Source of the DNA: a virus
Taxonomy: Duplodnaviria; Caudoviricetes
DNA length: 64,000 nucleotides
Strand: one strand, 5' to 3'
IMG/VR virus record: IMGVR_UViG_3300025389_001172
Span: 77,322 to 141,321 of that record
Shown: one piece after another, positions 17,643 to 27,749 of the stretch
How positions within the stretch are numbered: the first letter of the stretch is position 1
How the letters are laid out: every line of letters starts with the position of its first letter
Position numbers and translations under genes: made by a program
Notes under the pieces: generated by a model
The model's database searches: none
What the model saw: the letters and a program-made list of their open reading frames with translations, nothing else
Told to the model about the DNA's origin: nothing

Positions 17643-18209
17643 TTAAACTGGTGGAGGTAAATTCTCAAGTCCTATTTTCTTTTGATGAGCTTCTTTTTTC
17701 TTTTTCTTTTCTTCTAACAGAGCTTGTTTTTCTTGTTTGGCATTTAGTCTTGCTTGACGAGCACGGGCGTTCTCTTCAGTCTTTCTACGTGCGGGTCCCA
17801 TTGGTTTAAAATTATATCCATATTTGAGAGCATCTTTGCATTGTATATTCTGTTCTACAATATGACGTAGATCTTCACGTCCACATAGTAATCTTTCACG
17901 GCATAGATCTACATTATCGATCATTAGGTCAACGCCGTAGATGGTTCGGAGTGCCTGCTCAAACGTACTACCATTTTCCATTTTACGGATTAGTACTTCC
18001 CCTAAAAACTGTCCGTCACCGCAACTCGGGTCAAGGAAGGTCTTTGCGGGATCTGTAAACTGCTCAGCAGGAATTTGTTCCAGCATCTCACGCACCAGTT
18101 CAGTAGGAGTAAAAACCTCACCAGTGGCCTTTACCCTCAGTTTATCACGTTCTACTCCACCCATATAGGCACGGTTGCGAATGTGATCTATAACTTCTTC
18201 AATTTTCAT
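17643..18209 (-). CDS. short N6-adenine DNA methyltransferase-like protein (SAM-binding half only)
   Basis: GEVFTP and FLDPSCGDGQFL, YGVDL; no NPPY/DPPY motif. Confidence 0.8.
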   Translation of the reverse strand: MKIEEVIDHIRNRAYMGGVERDKLRVKATGEVFTPTELVREMLEQIPAEQFTDPAKTFLDPSCGDGQFLGEVLIRKMENGSTFEQALRTIYGVDLMIDNVDLCRERLLCGREDLRHIVEQNIQCKDALKYGYNFKPMGPARRKTEENARARQARLNAKQEKQALLEEKKKKKEAHQKKIGLENLPPPV

Positions 18210-21200
18210 TTATACCAGTTTTTCTTAAAAGACTTAAACATTCCATAATCTGTATAGTAAGTATTCCATTTAGTAGATGCAATTAATCTCTTGCCTTTGT
18301 CACTATTAAGAAACTCTATAATTTCTTCTCCTTCTTCTTCAGAAGAAATAGGAATACCAAATGTAAGTTGACTCATACCGTACTCACCCTTAAAATCGTT
18401 GTAAGGATATTGGAGTTCATTCTGATTTAACAGAACCTTTGCTACACCAAAATGTGTAGTGTCATTTTCTTGTGACTTATCAAAGTATTTTATACCAAGG
18501 CCGGATTTATTAATAGTATGTACAACTTGATACTTGTAATCTTTTGTTTGAACATCACTGTGTTTCTTTTGTGTATGATAGAAGGTATTATACAACACTG
18601 ATGTCCCTTTTCCTAACAATTGAGAAATCTCATCAATTGCATAGTTAGGGAGCCAATCAAAATTGACAAGATCTAAATCATGTGTAACGCCTTCGTGATC
18701 TACTACAATTGTATTTTTGTATTTTGCCTTCTTTTGTAAAATATAATAATCAACACGTACCCCAATACCAAACCAATCTTGATCTCCTTTGCCAGAACTC
18801 ATTACAAGTTTTTCCATCTGGTTATCTTGTGTAAGCAATTTCCAAAAGTCATTTCGGTCTTCAGGTTTACGCCAAGCATTGGGATGGATAAAAGCAAAGT
18901 GTCCGTTATCTTTCAATAGAGAAAGTCCTTTGTTTACAAACTCTGCCCACAACTCAGATGCGCCGCGGCTACCCATTCTACTATCAGATTTAGGTTTTTG
19001 GTAAGGCGGATTGCCTATAATAACGTCAAATTCCATATTAATTTCTTCCCATTTAAAAGTTTCAAAACCTAGTCTTTCTAGGTGACTCCTGAAGTATTCA
19101 AACTGTTCGCCGCACACTATACGAGCAAGTGGGAATCTTTCACGTAGCATCAACGGAATAGTTCCATTTAACGCATTAGGAACAAGAATAGTAACATCTT
19201 CCTTATTATATTTATTTTTAGGAAGATTGTCAACTAATTGTTTAGCTAATTGAAATGGAACATATACTAAACCAATATCTCTTTTGTAATCGTTGTTTAA
19301 AAAGATATCGTCATACACTTCAATTGGTGCTAATCCTTTGTATGCTAACTGTTTGTCATTTAAATTCTTAACAACCATGTCCTTAATAACGGCATCGTTC
19401 TCAATGGTATCAATGACTACGTCAATTTCCTCAGGAAACATTTTAGCCAACACAGGATTGTTTAAAACTACAGAATAATCATAATTGACAATGCTGTAGG
19501 CAATCCACTTAGCCTCAACCATCACCGTTTGAATAGCGTTAGCAATTTGCGTAATAGTGTTTAACTCTTCCTTAGTATAGGGCTTTCCTGTTTTTGGATT
19601 ATCACCTAATTTAGTTTTTACCTTAGAACCATTATCTTTGGTCACGCCCGCCTTAGGAGCAGACTTCTTAAACTTTTTTGTGTCAAGGTCCTCCCACGCA
19701 GAAAGGTCCATTGCTACCAGACGAGTTTCCAACGAGGCCGAAGGAAGTCGATCCTTACTACGATTCTTTAAAAATTCTTGTACTTCTGCTAAAATAGAGT
19801 CTGGATTAATCTTCAGAGGACCACCGGTTGTATATTCAGTAAGTGGAATACATTCAAGCATCTCGTACTCGGTACCACCATTAAGGGCAATAGCATTCAT
19901 CTTGGCCATTCTACCCATAGTAAGGCCAATCTCCATAGCAGGAGCAAAGCAATACATTTTAACTTCATCCTTGCCTGGATACTCGCGGATCATACGACCC
20001 AGCAGTTGTTCAAAGTTAGCAATGTTATTCATCTTGGCCATTAGCACAATATGGCCGAGTGCAGGAATGTCTGTCCCTGTTAGGAACTTGCCACAAGTAA
20101 GGATGACAACACGACCGTGTTGCTTAACCAAAGATTCAATGTACTTGCCAATAGTTGTAGTTTTTGGACATTCTTTCTCTAGTGTATAACTATCAGTGAA
20201 ATATGTCTTACTGTTAGTGTTAAGCAAGGCTGCAAGATCTGGAATGTAATCTGCGGCGCCATCGCCGTCTTGGCCTTCAGGCAGTACCCAAAAGCCGCAA
20301 GTCGTAGCAACATCGCTAAGTTCTTTGTCATTGACAATGCTCAGAGGATTCTTTTTCTTAGAAGAGGTATCGTGATACATTTTGTCACGGATATCTAGCA
20401 GTTCTGCCCTAAGAACAAATTTGTCATTGTTTCGAACAAACAACTTGCGTGGATCAAATCCTTCTTCTTCTGAATACATTGCCGCAATCTTAGAACTTAC
20501 ATTAGATAATGGTGTACTAACAGCATCAATACGGATAGTAGGAAGTTTAGTATACTCTTTATATTTTAAACCCCATAACAAAGTGCGACTAACAATTTGT
20601 TCCCAGTTGTATTTGTCTAATACATTATAAGGAGTAGCAGTAAGGTCAAGCTCATATTCTGCTGTCATATTAGCAAGACGCTGACTAGTTACCTCACCAC
20701 CATACTGTGCGTGACGTTCATCGCGAATCCAAAGATTAACATTACCGCTAAGTGCGTGATATTTGGCACGGAGCTCTTTAGTATCTGCGTCAACCGTGCT
20801 GTTGGCATCTTCGCCATATCGAAGATCTTGTACAGTGAGCACAACAAAAATTAACTCGTCGTTGTCGGCAAGTTGACGTAAATCTGTAACAGAGTGTTTA
20901 GCAAACTCTATACTATCCATATAGGTAACTTTAAGATTACGACTGGCACCAAAGTGGAAGTCGTTAATGTTTTCTTCAAACGATTTTTTAGTGTCTGTAA
21001 TAGGAGTAGTAACTAATACAATACCGCCCCTTTGGCAAAGGCGAAATGCGACTTCAATACTAATTTTCGTCTTGCCTCGGCTAGTATATGCGGCATACAA
21101 ACAAAGACGATGTTGGATAAGACGTTCATAAATCTCTTCAATATCTTCTTCTTGTTTGAAACGCCAAATAATAGGATCTTTGGTATCAAAAGATTCCTTA

Positions 21201-21640
21201 AGATTAAAATATTGTTTAATCACATCTATCAGAATAGACAGATGACCTACTCTATCATATCCGATTAGAGCTTCACTATTTGTATTTTCTTCTTGGATAG
21301 ATCCCACATTGGCTCTAAATGGAATACGATTTTTCTTATATAGATTGTTAATGAGTATCCGTACGCTGTCGTCTTGATCAGAATCAATAGTAGCAGATTT
21401 ATCAAAAACAAAAAGATCATTGGCAATAAAATCAGTTGACATAGCAGACTTCATTCCCCCGTATCTACGTTCAAACGCTTCGGCTGGAGTTAACCCTGCA
21501 TAACTTTCAGCAGTGGCTTTTCCGAGTTTATCTCGGGCCACATATAAGATACCTTGATCTTTTGTAAGGCATCCATTATTATGATTATTAGAAAGCCAGT
21601 GTACTTTGGCCTGGGAACCATCTACTATAACACTCATCAA
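18206..21640 (-). CDS. SF2 helicase-Eco57I-type methyltransferase fusion (Type IIG/ISP-like RM enzyme)
   Basis: TSRGKT, IRDERH, LTATP, GTDIP, QLLGRMIR helicase motifs; FDVIIGNPPYQ, FAFIHP MTase motifs; AT-rich. Confidence 0.75.
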   Translation of the reverse strand: MMSVIVDGSQAKVHWLSNNHNNGCLTKDQGILYVARDKLGKATAESYAGLTPAEAFERRYGGMKSAMSTDFIANDLFVFDKSATIDSDQDDSVRILINNLYKKNRIPFRANVGSIQEENTNSEALIGYDRVGHLSILIDVIKQYFNLKESFDTKDPIIWRFKQEEDIEEIYERLIQHRLCLYAAYTSRGKTKISIEVAFRLCQRGGIVLVTTPITDTKKSFEENINDFHFGASRNLKVTYMDSIEFAKHSVTDLRQLADNDELIFVVLTVQDLRYGEDANSTVDADTKELRAKYHALSGNVNLWIRDERHAQYGGEVTSQRLANMTAEYELDLTATPYNVLDKYNWEQIVSRTLLWGLKYKEYTKLPTIRIDAVSTPLSNVSSKIAAMYSEEEGFDPRKLFVRNNDKFVLRAELLDIRDKMYHDTSSKKKNPLSIVNDKELSDVATTCGFWVLPEGQDGDGAADYIPDLAALLNTNSKTYFTDSYTLEKECPKTTTIGKYIESLVKQHGRVVILTCGKFLTGTDIPALGHIVLMAKMNNIANFEQLLGRMIREYPGKDEVKMYCFAPAMEIGLTMGRMAKMNAIALNGGTEYEMLECIPLTEYTTGGPLKINPDSILAEVQEFLKNRSKDRLPSASLETRLVAMDLSAWEDLDTKKFKKSAPKAGVTKDNGSKVKTKLGDNPKTGKPYTKEELNTITQIANAIQTVMVEAKWIAYSIVNYDYSVVLNNPVLAKMFPEEIDVVIDTIENDAVIKDMVVKNLNDKQLAYKGLAPIEVYDDIFLNNDYKRDIGLVYVPFQLAKQLVDNLPKNKYNKEDVTILVPNALNGTIPLMLRERFPLARIVCGEQFEYFRSHLERLGFETFKWEEINMEFDVIIGNPPYQKPKSDSRMGSRGASELWAEFVNKGLSLLKDNGHFAFIHPNAWRKPEDRNDFWKLLTQDNQMEKLVMSSGKGDQDWFGIGVRVDYYILQKKAKYKNTIVVDHEGVTHDLDLVNFDWLPNYAIDEISQLLGKGTSVLYNTFYHTQKKHSDVQTKDYKYQVVHTINKSGLGIKYFDKSQENDTTHFGVAKVLLNQNELQYPYNDFKGEYGMSQLTFGIPISSEEEGEEIIEFLNSDKGKRLIASTKWNTYYTDYGMFKSFKKNWYK

Positions 21641-21665
21641 ATACCTTTCTTTTTAATGTAATAAT

Positions 21666-21694
21666 ATTATACTATGGTTTTACCACGTAGTCAA
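21666..21694 (-). promoter_or_regulatory. sigma70 promoter
   Basis: TTGACT-17 bp-TATAAT upstream of helicase-MTase. Confidence 0.75.
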
Positions 21695-22225
21695 CTATTT
21701 TGGACGAATCTTTAATTTGGCATATATGTTCTGTACACCAACAGCCTGCCGGATAGCATCTTGTAGAGCATCATGTTTACTAGCCTGCGGCATATCTGGA
21801 TCATAGCCCAAATCAAATATAGTGCGTGTATCACGTATCTGCCAGAACTGCCAAGGCGGAGTCCTTTCCAACTGTCTGTAGATGTCCTCTATGATAGCGA
21901 TATCGAATATGCTACCGTGGCTCCAAAAAGCATCACAGCCCCATGCGAACTTGTGGAATCGATCTATAGCTTCTGCCAGAGGTACCCGATCGTTGGGACT
22001 GAATGCTTCTTCCATGATAGCAGGATCCTGCCGAGCCCACCAGTCCAATGTGTTTGGATCCACTTCACGACCTAGCTTGTCCTGATCGTCTATATCTACT
22101 CGAAAGTAGAGTGTTTCTCCATAGCCATTTCCCCATGGATTGAATTTAACTGCTCCTAGTGTGAGTACCGTGGCTTTTGGTGTAACGGCCATAGTTTCTA
22201 GGTCTACCATTAAGTGTGTTGGCAT
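21695..22225 (-). CDS. DEDD 3'-5' exonuclease (RNase AS/T-like)
   Basis: MVDLET, HGSIFD, IRDTRT, HDALQDA. Confidence 0.85.
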   Translation of the reverse strand: MPTHLMVDLETMAVTPKATVLTLGAVKFNPWGNGYGETLYFRVDIDDQDKLGREVDPNTLDWWARQDPAIMEEAFSPNDRVPLAEAIDRFHKFAWGCDAFWSHGSIFDIAIIEDIYRQLERTPPWQFWQIRDTRTIFDLGYDPDMPQASKHDALQDAIRQAVGVQNIYAKLKIRPK

Positions 22226-22251
22226 AAAATACTTTCTGTATATAAAACTAT

Positions 22252-22280
22252 ATTATACCGGAAAATTTGGTAAATGTCAA
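22252..22280 (-). promoter_or_regulatory. sigma70 promoter
   Basis: TTGACA-17 bp-TATAAT consensus. Confidence 0.8.
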
Positions 22281-22516
22281 TACATCTTTTTGGGTAATTG
22301 TTGATCTCTCAGCTTCTTCTTCCAACGTGCCTTGGCCGCTCCTTTGGCTCTTTTTCTCTTGGTAGTGGGTTTTTCGTAGAACATCTTGGCCTTGACATCT
22401 TCCAATTTTCCACTGTCATCTACCCGCTGTTTGAATTTGCGGAGAGCGGTGTTTATGGGCATGTCACCCACGATGATCTTGATACCGCGTACTGCCTCTT
22501 TGTTATTTCTGCTCAT
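22277..22516 (-). CDS. rpsU: ribosomal protein bS21
   Basis: ALRKFKQRV..SG.L..VK...FYEKPTTKRKRAK; start corrected to MSRNN. Confidence 0.9.
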   Translation of the reverse strand: MSRNNKEAVRGIKIIVGDMPINTALRKFKQRVDDSGKLEDVKAKMFYEKPTTKRKRAKGAAKARWKKKLRDQQLPKKMY

Positions 22517-23735
22517 TAATCTTTGCTTTTTTATCGAATACCATGATGGCCGGACTGCCATTTATCGTATCTTTATTTACTACTATTTTGGTTAAACCAC
22601 GTGCAACTAGGTTTTGAGCGTCAAATTGATAGGGCAACAGGGTCTTTTCTATGATATTTTTTAGTCCACGAGCATTGGTTTTCAACTCTTTGGCACGTTG
22701 GGCTATTTCTTCTAGAGCAGAGTCTTCAAATTCTAGATCTATACCGTCCAGCTCAAAGATGTATTGATACTGTTTTACGATACTGTTTTTGGGTTCCTTG
22801 AGTATCTGTATGAGTTCTGGAATACTTAATTCTTCCACGGTCACAGTCAACCCAAAACGACCAACAAATTCTGGAATAAATCCATATTTGATTATGTCTT
22901 TGGTGGTGGTCATATTATATACATTATCAGTATCGGGTGTTTCTGATACATTGTCCAAAAAACCAATACTGCGTCTGTTGAGTCGTTGCTCTATGATTTT
23001 ATCCAAACCTACAAATGCTCCCCCGCAGATAAACAGGATTCCTTCTGTATTGATCTCCTGCATGTCTGATCCAGGGTGTTTACGTTTACCTGTACTAGGT
23101 ACCCGCATGATAGATCCTTCGATCATTTTTAGCAGAGCCTGCTGTACGCCTTCTCCACTAACGTCTCGGGTGATGCTGACATTCTCACCTTTACGTGCGA
23201 TCTTATCGATTTCATCTATATAGACTATGCCACGTTCGGCCTTGTCTAGATCTCCATCTGCGGCTGAGATCAATCTGTTGAGTATGCTCTCTACATCATC
23301 ACCTACATAGCCCGCTTCGGTTATCCCTGTAGCATCACAGATAGCGAATGGTACATCTAGGTATTCGGCTATCTTGCGGACCATCATGGTCTTGCCACAG
23401 CCTGTAGGGCCCAACATGAGCACGTTAGTCTTTTCTAATCGGATCTTTTTACTGGGATTGTTGATACGTTTGAAATGCTGTGCCACTGCCACACACAGGG
23501 CAATCTTGGCCTCATCCTGTCCTACCACATACTCATCTAGATAATCTTTCAGCTTGGTGGGATTGACGGTGATCTTGTCTGCAGGAAACTTTTTAATTTT
23601 CTCATCTTCCAAGATGTTGACACACAGTACCACACAGTCATTGCAGATACTAGAGTTATCACCCACGATGAGTTTTTCTACATCCTCTTTGCTCTTACCG
23701 CAGAAATGACAGCTATGGTTTAGTTGTTTGCTCAC
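22503..23735 (-). CDS. clpX: ClpX ATPase
   Basis: CHFC..CNDC zinc domain, GPTGCGKT, AGYVGDDVE, IDEIDKI, RDVSGEGVQQALLK, RKH, IGF loop. Confidence 0.96.
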   Translation of the reverse strand: MSKQLNHSCHFCGKSKEDVEKLIVGDNSSICNDCVVLCVNILEDEKIKKFPADKITVNPTKLKDYLDEYVVGQDEAKIALCVAVAQHFKRINNPSKKIRLEKTNVLMLGPTGCGKTMMVRKIAEYLDVPFAICDATGITEAGYVGDDVESILNRLISAADGDLDKAERGIVYIDEIDKIARKGENVSITRDVSGEGVQQALLKMIEGSIMRVPSTGKRKHPGSDMQEINTEGILFICGGAFVGLDKIIEQRLNRRSIGFLDNVSETPDTDNVYNMTTTKDIIKYGFIPEFVGRFGLTVTVEELSIPELIQILKEPKNSIVKQYQYIFELDGIDLEFEDSALEEIAQRAKELKTNARGLKNIIEKTLLPYQFDAQNLVARGLTKIVVNKDTINGSPAIMVFDKKAKINEQK

Positions 23736-24117
23736 CTAACGCTCTTTCTAAAAATTGATCTACAGACGCCACACGATTAGGGTTAATATGACTGTATACC
23801 GCGGCGATGTTTTCATCTCGTGTTTCATAACACACACCACTCTTGCCTATAGCATAGCCCATGATCGCTTGAGAAATATCATTTACCCCGTCTACATTTA
23901 TGTACTTATACTCACATCGATTCAGTGCGTATAAAAACCAACCCATGTTGGCTTCTCCGTTGTAGACATAGATATTGATGTCCTCATCTAAGGCACTGGT
24001 CTTTAACCAACGGCTCACTGCATCTTGTCCAGAGTCATCTAAATGCACGAACAGAATGCTGAGATTACTGTTTTCAAAAATATCAGGTGGGGTTACCAGT
24101 GTTATACTGCCCTGCAT
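23713..24117 (-). CDS. hypothetical protein
   Basis: ORF tightly packed in operon. Confidence 0.7.
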   Translation of the reverse strand: MQGSITLVTPPDIFENSNLSILFVHLDDSGQDAVSRWLKTSALDEDINIYVYNGEANMGWFLYALNRCEYKYINVDGVNDISQAIMGYAIGKSGVCYETRDENIAAVYSHINPNRVASVDQFLERALGEQTTKP

Positions 24118-24118
24118 A

Positions 24119-25432
24119 TTATAAACGAGCCTTGACTCTGTCGACTAGTTCAGCTGGTACTTCGTTCATGTGCATACGGCCCGCACGGATGTTGGCGGCT
24201 AGATATATCACATGGTCCTCATCGTCGGGCAATGGGGCACCTTCTGTGGTGGCGGTGGTCCAGATATTGCTTTCAGTCTGTTCCTCATTCTGCACATAGC
24301 CTTCTGGTTTGGTGGGAGGTGGAAACACCTTCATTTTCACCACACGGGATTCCTCTGTGGCCATGACAGGCTGTGGAGGGGCAGATACAGTCTGTGCAGA
24401 TTCCGCAGATCGATCATTGGCCTTCCAGGTTTTTATGAACTCGTCGGCTGCCTTAAATAGATGTTCTTGGGCGAGGATCTCACCCTGGGCTCTATGCAGT
24501 TCTGCATCTGCTTCTAGGGCACTGATCTGTTCTGGAGTAAGTGGGCCATCGTCCGGCTCGTATGTGAATGCAGGACCAGTCTGAACCCATTCGCCGTTGG
24601 GCATACGCACACCTTCGAAATCCATATGGACAGGTTTACTAGGTTCTGGTTGATATTCTCTAAATCTTTGAAAACTGTATTGGCTGGCCAATAGGAGCAC
24701 GATAGCTAGGGGATCTAGAACCACCACGATCAATATGCTGACCCAGCTGACTGCTTTTTCTAATATGTTAGCGTCTGGATTGCTACCATAGACGAATGAT
24801 GCTATATACTTTATCGGTCCAACCTCAGCTTCCACTTTCCTAACTTCTGCGGCAATTGGCGCTCTTTCTTCGTTAAGAGCGGTAATCCGTTGCTGACTTG
24901 CTGATATGTCCGCAAGCAGGCGAGCACGTTCTTTCTGCTGGCTTCTGCGTATATCGACGGATCTGGCCGCCCCACCTTCCGACGTTGAGCGTGCCATGAC
25001 TTGGTCCACCGCCTCATCCATCTGTTTGAGTGCCTTGCGATCTGCATCTATATTGTCCTTTTCAGTTTTGATCTTTTCATCATATACCGCTATCTTAGCC
25101 TGCACGTCACCTGATACCAGACTTTGATCTGAGTGTGCCTTGCTCAAGAAACCAAACACACCTACTGAGGTAATCAGCATCAGCAAAGCGATAGCTGGTA
25201 GGATATAGGCCTTGAGAAAAGCCGGAGACCAATCCCAGTTCTGCTTGACCCATACTGTGGCTGAAAGTTTGCCAACACCTAATACAGCACCCATGACTAT
25301 GATGGGAATCAGTGCGGCTGGATAGATAGCTATCAGCCCCATTATAGAGTAGAACTCGGCGATACAGCTAATCGCTATGCCACTGACTAATGCTAGCCAG
25401 GCAATGAATTTATCATTGAATGTTGGTTTCAT
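24119..25432 (-). CDS. membrane protein with coiled coil
   Basis: Three N-terminal TM helices, coiled coil, EVGPIKYIA, further TM. Confidence 0.75.
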   Translation of the reverse strand: MKPTFNDKFIAWLALVSGIAISCIAEFYSIMGLIAIYPAALIPIIVMGAVLGVGKLSATVWVKQNWDWSPAFLKAYILPAIALLMLITSVGVFGFLSKAHSDQSLVSGDVQAKIAVYDEKIKTEKDNIDADRKALKQMDEAVDQVMARSTSEGGAARSVDIRRSQQKERARLLADISASQQRITALNEERAPIAAEVRKVEAEVGPIKYIASFVYGSNPDANILEKAVSWVSILIVVVLDPLAIVLLLASQYSFQRFREYQPEPSKPVHMDFEGVRMPNGEWVQTGPAFTYEPDDGPLTPEQISALEADAELHRAQGEILAQEHLFKAADEFIKTWKANDRSAESAQTVSAPPQPVMATEESRVVKMKVFPPPTKPEGYVQNEEQTESNIWTTATTEGAPLPDDEDHVIYLAANIRAGRMHMNEVPAELVDRVKARL

Positions 25433-25440
25433 AGATCTAT

Positions 25441-25974
25441 TTATTGATCTTCTACAAACTCAAATAGTCCTGTTGATTTTAATAATGGAGTTTTTTTACC
25501 GGTAGGTTTTGTTTTATTTCCAAATGGTCGATAACCGTGTTTACGTTGATGTGCATCTGAAAGATCATCTTCGATTCTTTGTAATTCACTCCTAGGATTA
25601 TCTAACTCAAAAGGAGCATTGGTATAGTCTTTAATAGTCACCACTATGTCGTCTTTATCAAATTTACATTTGAAGGTAGTTTCAATATTTTTAATAATTT
25701 CATCCATATCTTTTTTAGTAGATGGACACCTTTTTAAGTTAGGTTTAGTCCATCCTGGCATGTGACCTATTTGTGTATATATTCGTTCACCATAGTCGTT
25801 ACCATTGCCTCCATGCTTATGCTGGATTCCGTATTTTACAGTTTGTCCTTTCCATGATATTTTGTAAACATAAAATCTAATTTTTTGCTTACGACAGAAC
25901 CTCATAATAGAAGTATAGTCATTTATTAAATTTAATGAAATAGTATAAGTTGGCGGGATATAATCTGTTATCAT
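25441..25974 (-). CDS. AT-rich hypothetical protein, possible degenerate GIY-YIG nuclease
   Basis: FYVY...KYG...RI...E...PFGN. Confidence 0.4.
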   Translation of the reverse strand: MITDYIPPTYTISLNLINDYTSIMRFCRKQKIRFYVYKISWKGQTVKYGIQHKHGGNGNDYGERIYTQIGHMPGWTKPNLKRCPSTKKDMDEIIKNIETTFKCKFDKDDIVVTIKDYTNAPFELDNPRSELQRIEDDLSDAHQRKHGYRPFGNKTKPTGKKTPLLKSTGLFEFVEDQ

Positions 25975-26363
25975 CTTCTCATCCTGGAAATATCTACGGC
26001 CTCTTCATCACTGAACACAGGGACAGCGTTGCTCTTGTGCATGGTACCGATACCTTTAATTTTGGTACCTGTGTAGAGAGTGTCGGCTTTTTTAGTGCAG
26101 GCTATGGCACCTGTGTCTCTGCTGGGGATATAGGGAGTCTCACGTCCTGGAGGAACTCTTGGACTGGAAGTTAATACTGCATCAGTAAGAGCACGAGCCT
26201 TCTTGCGAGCTTCTGCTTCTACACCCTGTTTCTTCAGCAGGGCCTTCCAATCTGCTTCTAGTTTCTCAGCCCGGCGTTTGGCTTCAGCTGAAGGCCATTT
26301 ACGTTTACCTTTGGGTTTACCTGTGGTACTGAACATCGGTGGTAGTAGGTGCATCCCGCTCAT
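25971..26363 (-). CDS. conserved basic phage protein
   Basis: YTGTKIKGIGTMHKSNAVPVF motif. Confidence 0.7.
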   Translation of the reverse strand: MSGMHLLPPMFSTTGKPKGKRKWPSAEAKRRAEKLEADWKALLKKQGVEAEARKKARALTDAVLTSSPRVPPGRETPYIPSRDTGAIACTKKADTLYTGTKIKGIGTMHKSNAVPVFSDEEAVDISRMRR

Positions 26364-26764
26364 TCAAATTCCTTTACTATCTGTTTATATCCAGCGACTG
26401 TTGGATGGACGCTATCCGGTGATAGTCCTTTAATGGGTATCACAATATCACCGTATTCTTTGGCTATCTGTCGCACGATGTCCTGTATCTCTGGTTTGAT
26501 CGCAGGTAGAATCCAATAGACACGATCAGCTTTGGTATTGATACGCAGTGTTTCCAATTCACGTTCGGTATTGACACCTATATAGTCATTGCTACCCAAA
26601 CTGATGATCACATGCCGGGCTTCGGGCCTGAGACCGTCTACCATTAGGAACTTCTTGTTCCACTGCCACGAATTCCATCCACCTTTGGCATAGACAGCAC
26701 AGTTTGGTGCAAACTTGGCAGTACCTACGGCGATGCTGTCTCCTAGTATCATACAATCAAGCAT
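26360..26764 (-). CDS. SGNH/GDSL hydrolase-like protein
   Basis: GDSIAVG, SLGSND, DSVHP. Confidence 0.8.
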   Translation of the reverse strand: MLDCMILGDSIAVGTAKFAPNCAVYAKGGWNSWQWNKKFLMVDGLRPEARHVIISLGSNDYIGVNTERELETLRINTKADRVYWILPAIKPEIQDIVRQIAKEYGDIVIPIKGLSPDSVHPTVAGYKQIVKEFE

Positions 26765-27182
26765 GGATTTCCTCTCTTAAATATCGTACCAGTTCTTTAT
26801 CGGTGGGTTCAACGGTGTAGTTCTGCTTGAAGAATATTTCATAGCTGTCACTGCCATACTTGCCGATACCATATAACATTGTAGCATCTCGGCCGTCCCA
26901 TGTCAAGAAATCTCTGCTCATGTCATACAATCTCTTGTAACGCACATTCGCCATGCCCAGGGGCCAGATCACATCCTTGACTTCTTCTTCGGTAGCTCGG
27001 CAGAAATTACCTAGCGTGGGCCAACGGTCCACGAAGATAGGGAATACAGTTTTGACCGGCTTGCGACCAGTTTGGTTGAGCATTATGACTGCTACCATGT
27101 GTTGCCACGCACCCTGCCAATTATCAAGACCAGCCGGTAACTGTTGCTGTACCATTAGGTCATCACGGAGTGGTTCTATCAT
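26757..27182 (-). CDS. HhH-GPD DNA glycosylase, MBD4-like
   Basis: W..MVAVIMLNQT, PLGM, LYGIGKYGSDSYEIF, PTDKEL. Confidence 0.8.
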   Translation of the reverse strand: MIEPLRDDLMVQQQLPAGLDNWQGAWQHMVAVIMLNQTGRKPVKTVFPIFVDRWPTLGNFCRATEEEVKDVIWPLGMANVRYKRLYDMSRDFLTWDGRDATMLYGIGKYGSDSYEIFFKQNYTVEPTDKELVRYLREEIHA

Positions 27183-27499
27183 TATGCCTCTACAGTTTCT
27201 GGCATCATTATCGGTGTGATGACCTGCTGTATGGCCTTTTGTTCTTTTTTGGCTAGTCCAGTGAAACGTAGGATCTCACCAGTTGGAGCGATTTTAATGC
27301 TACCGGCAACTACCCAAATTTCAGTACCCGATGCATCAGTACCTGCCAGTTTTCGGACTACACCGTTGACTGTGCCATCACCTGCTGTTTTTCCACGGTT
27401 CCAAGTGTATGTACCATTCTTGCCCGTCCAGGTGTAGAAATTACCAGAATTCTTTTCACAGTAATCTCCTAATGCTTTTATGGTTGCTTCTGCTGACAT
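27182..27499 (-). CDS. hypothetical protein
   Basis: Start corrected to MSAEAT (AGGAG RBS; TTGCAG-17-TATAAT at 27530-27558). Confidence 0.7.
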   Translation of the reverse strand: MSAEATIKALGDYCEKNSGNFYTWTGKNGTYTWNRGKTAGDGTVNGVVRKLAGTDASGTEIWVVAGSIKIAPTGEILRFTGLAKKEQKAIQQVITPIMMPETVEA

Positions 27500-27572
27500 T
27501 TTACTTCTCCTATGTGTGTAAGTATTACTATTATATGGTACAACCAAAAGATCTGCAACCAGGAATTTTACC

Positions 27573-27598
27573 AAAAAGAAACCCCGCGGTTGGCGGGG
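27573..27598 (-). terminator. Rho-independent terminator
   Basis: CCCCGC hairpin followed by U-rich tract on minus strand. Confidence 0.7.
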
Positions 27599-27614
27599 CT
27601 GTTGTTGATACTGT

Positions 27615-27749
27615 TTATAGGACGTAGTATTCGTCTTTGCCAACTCCACATTCTGGGCAGAGAAAATCTTCTGGAAGGTCTTCCCATTTACCTTCTACTG
27701 CTTCATCATGTTCGTGGCCACATACCACGCATACGTAGGTCTGTTCCAT
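27615..27749 (-). CDS. rubredoxin (44 aa)
   Basis: Missed by track; [44 protein letters not shown], two CxxCG motifs, WEDLP; TAATG-coupled to rubrerythrin. Confidence 0.92.
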   Translation of the reverse strand: MEQTYVCVVCGHEHDEAVEGKWEDLPEDFLCPECGVGKDEYYVL

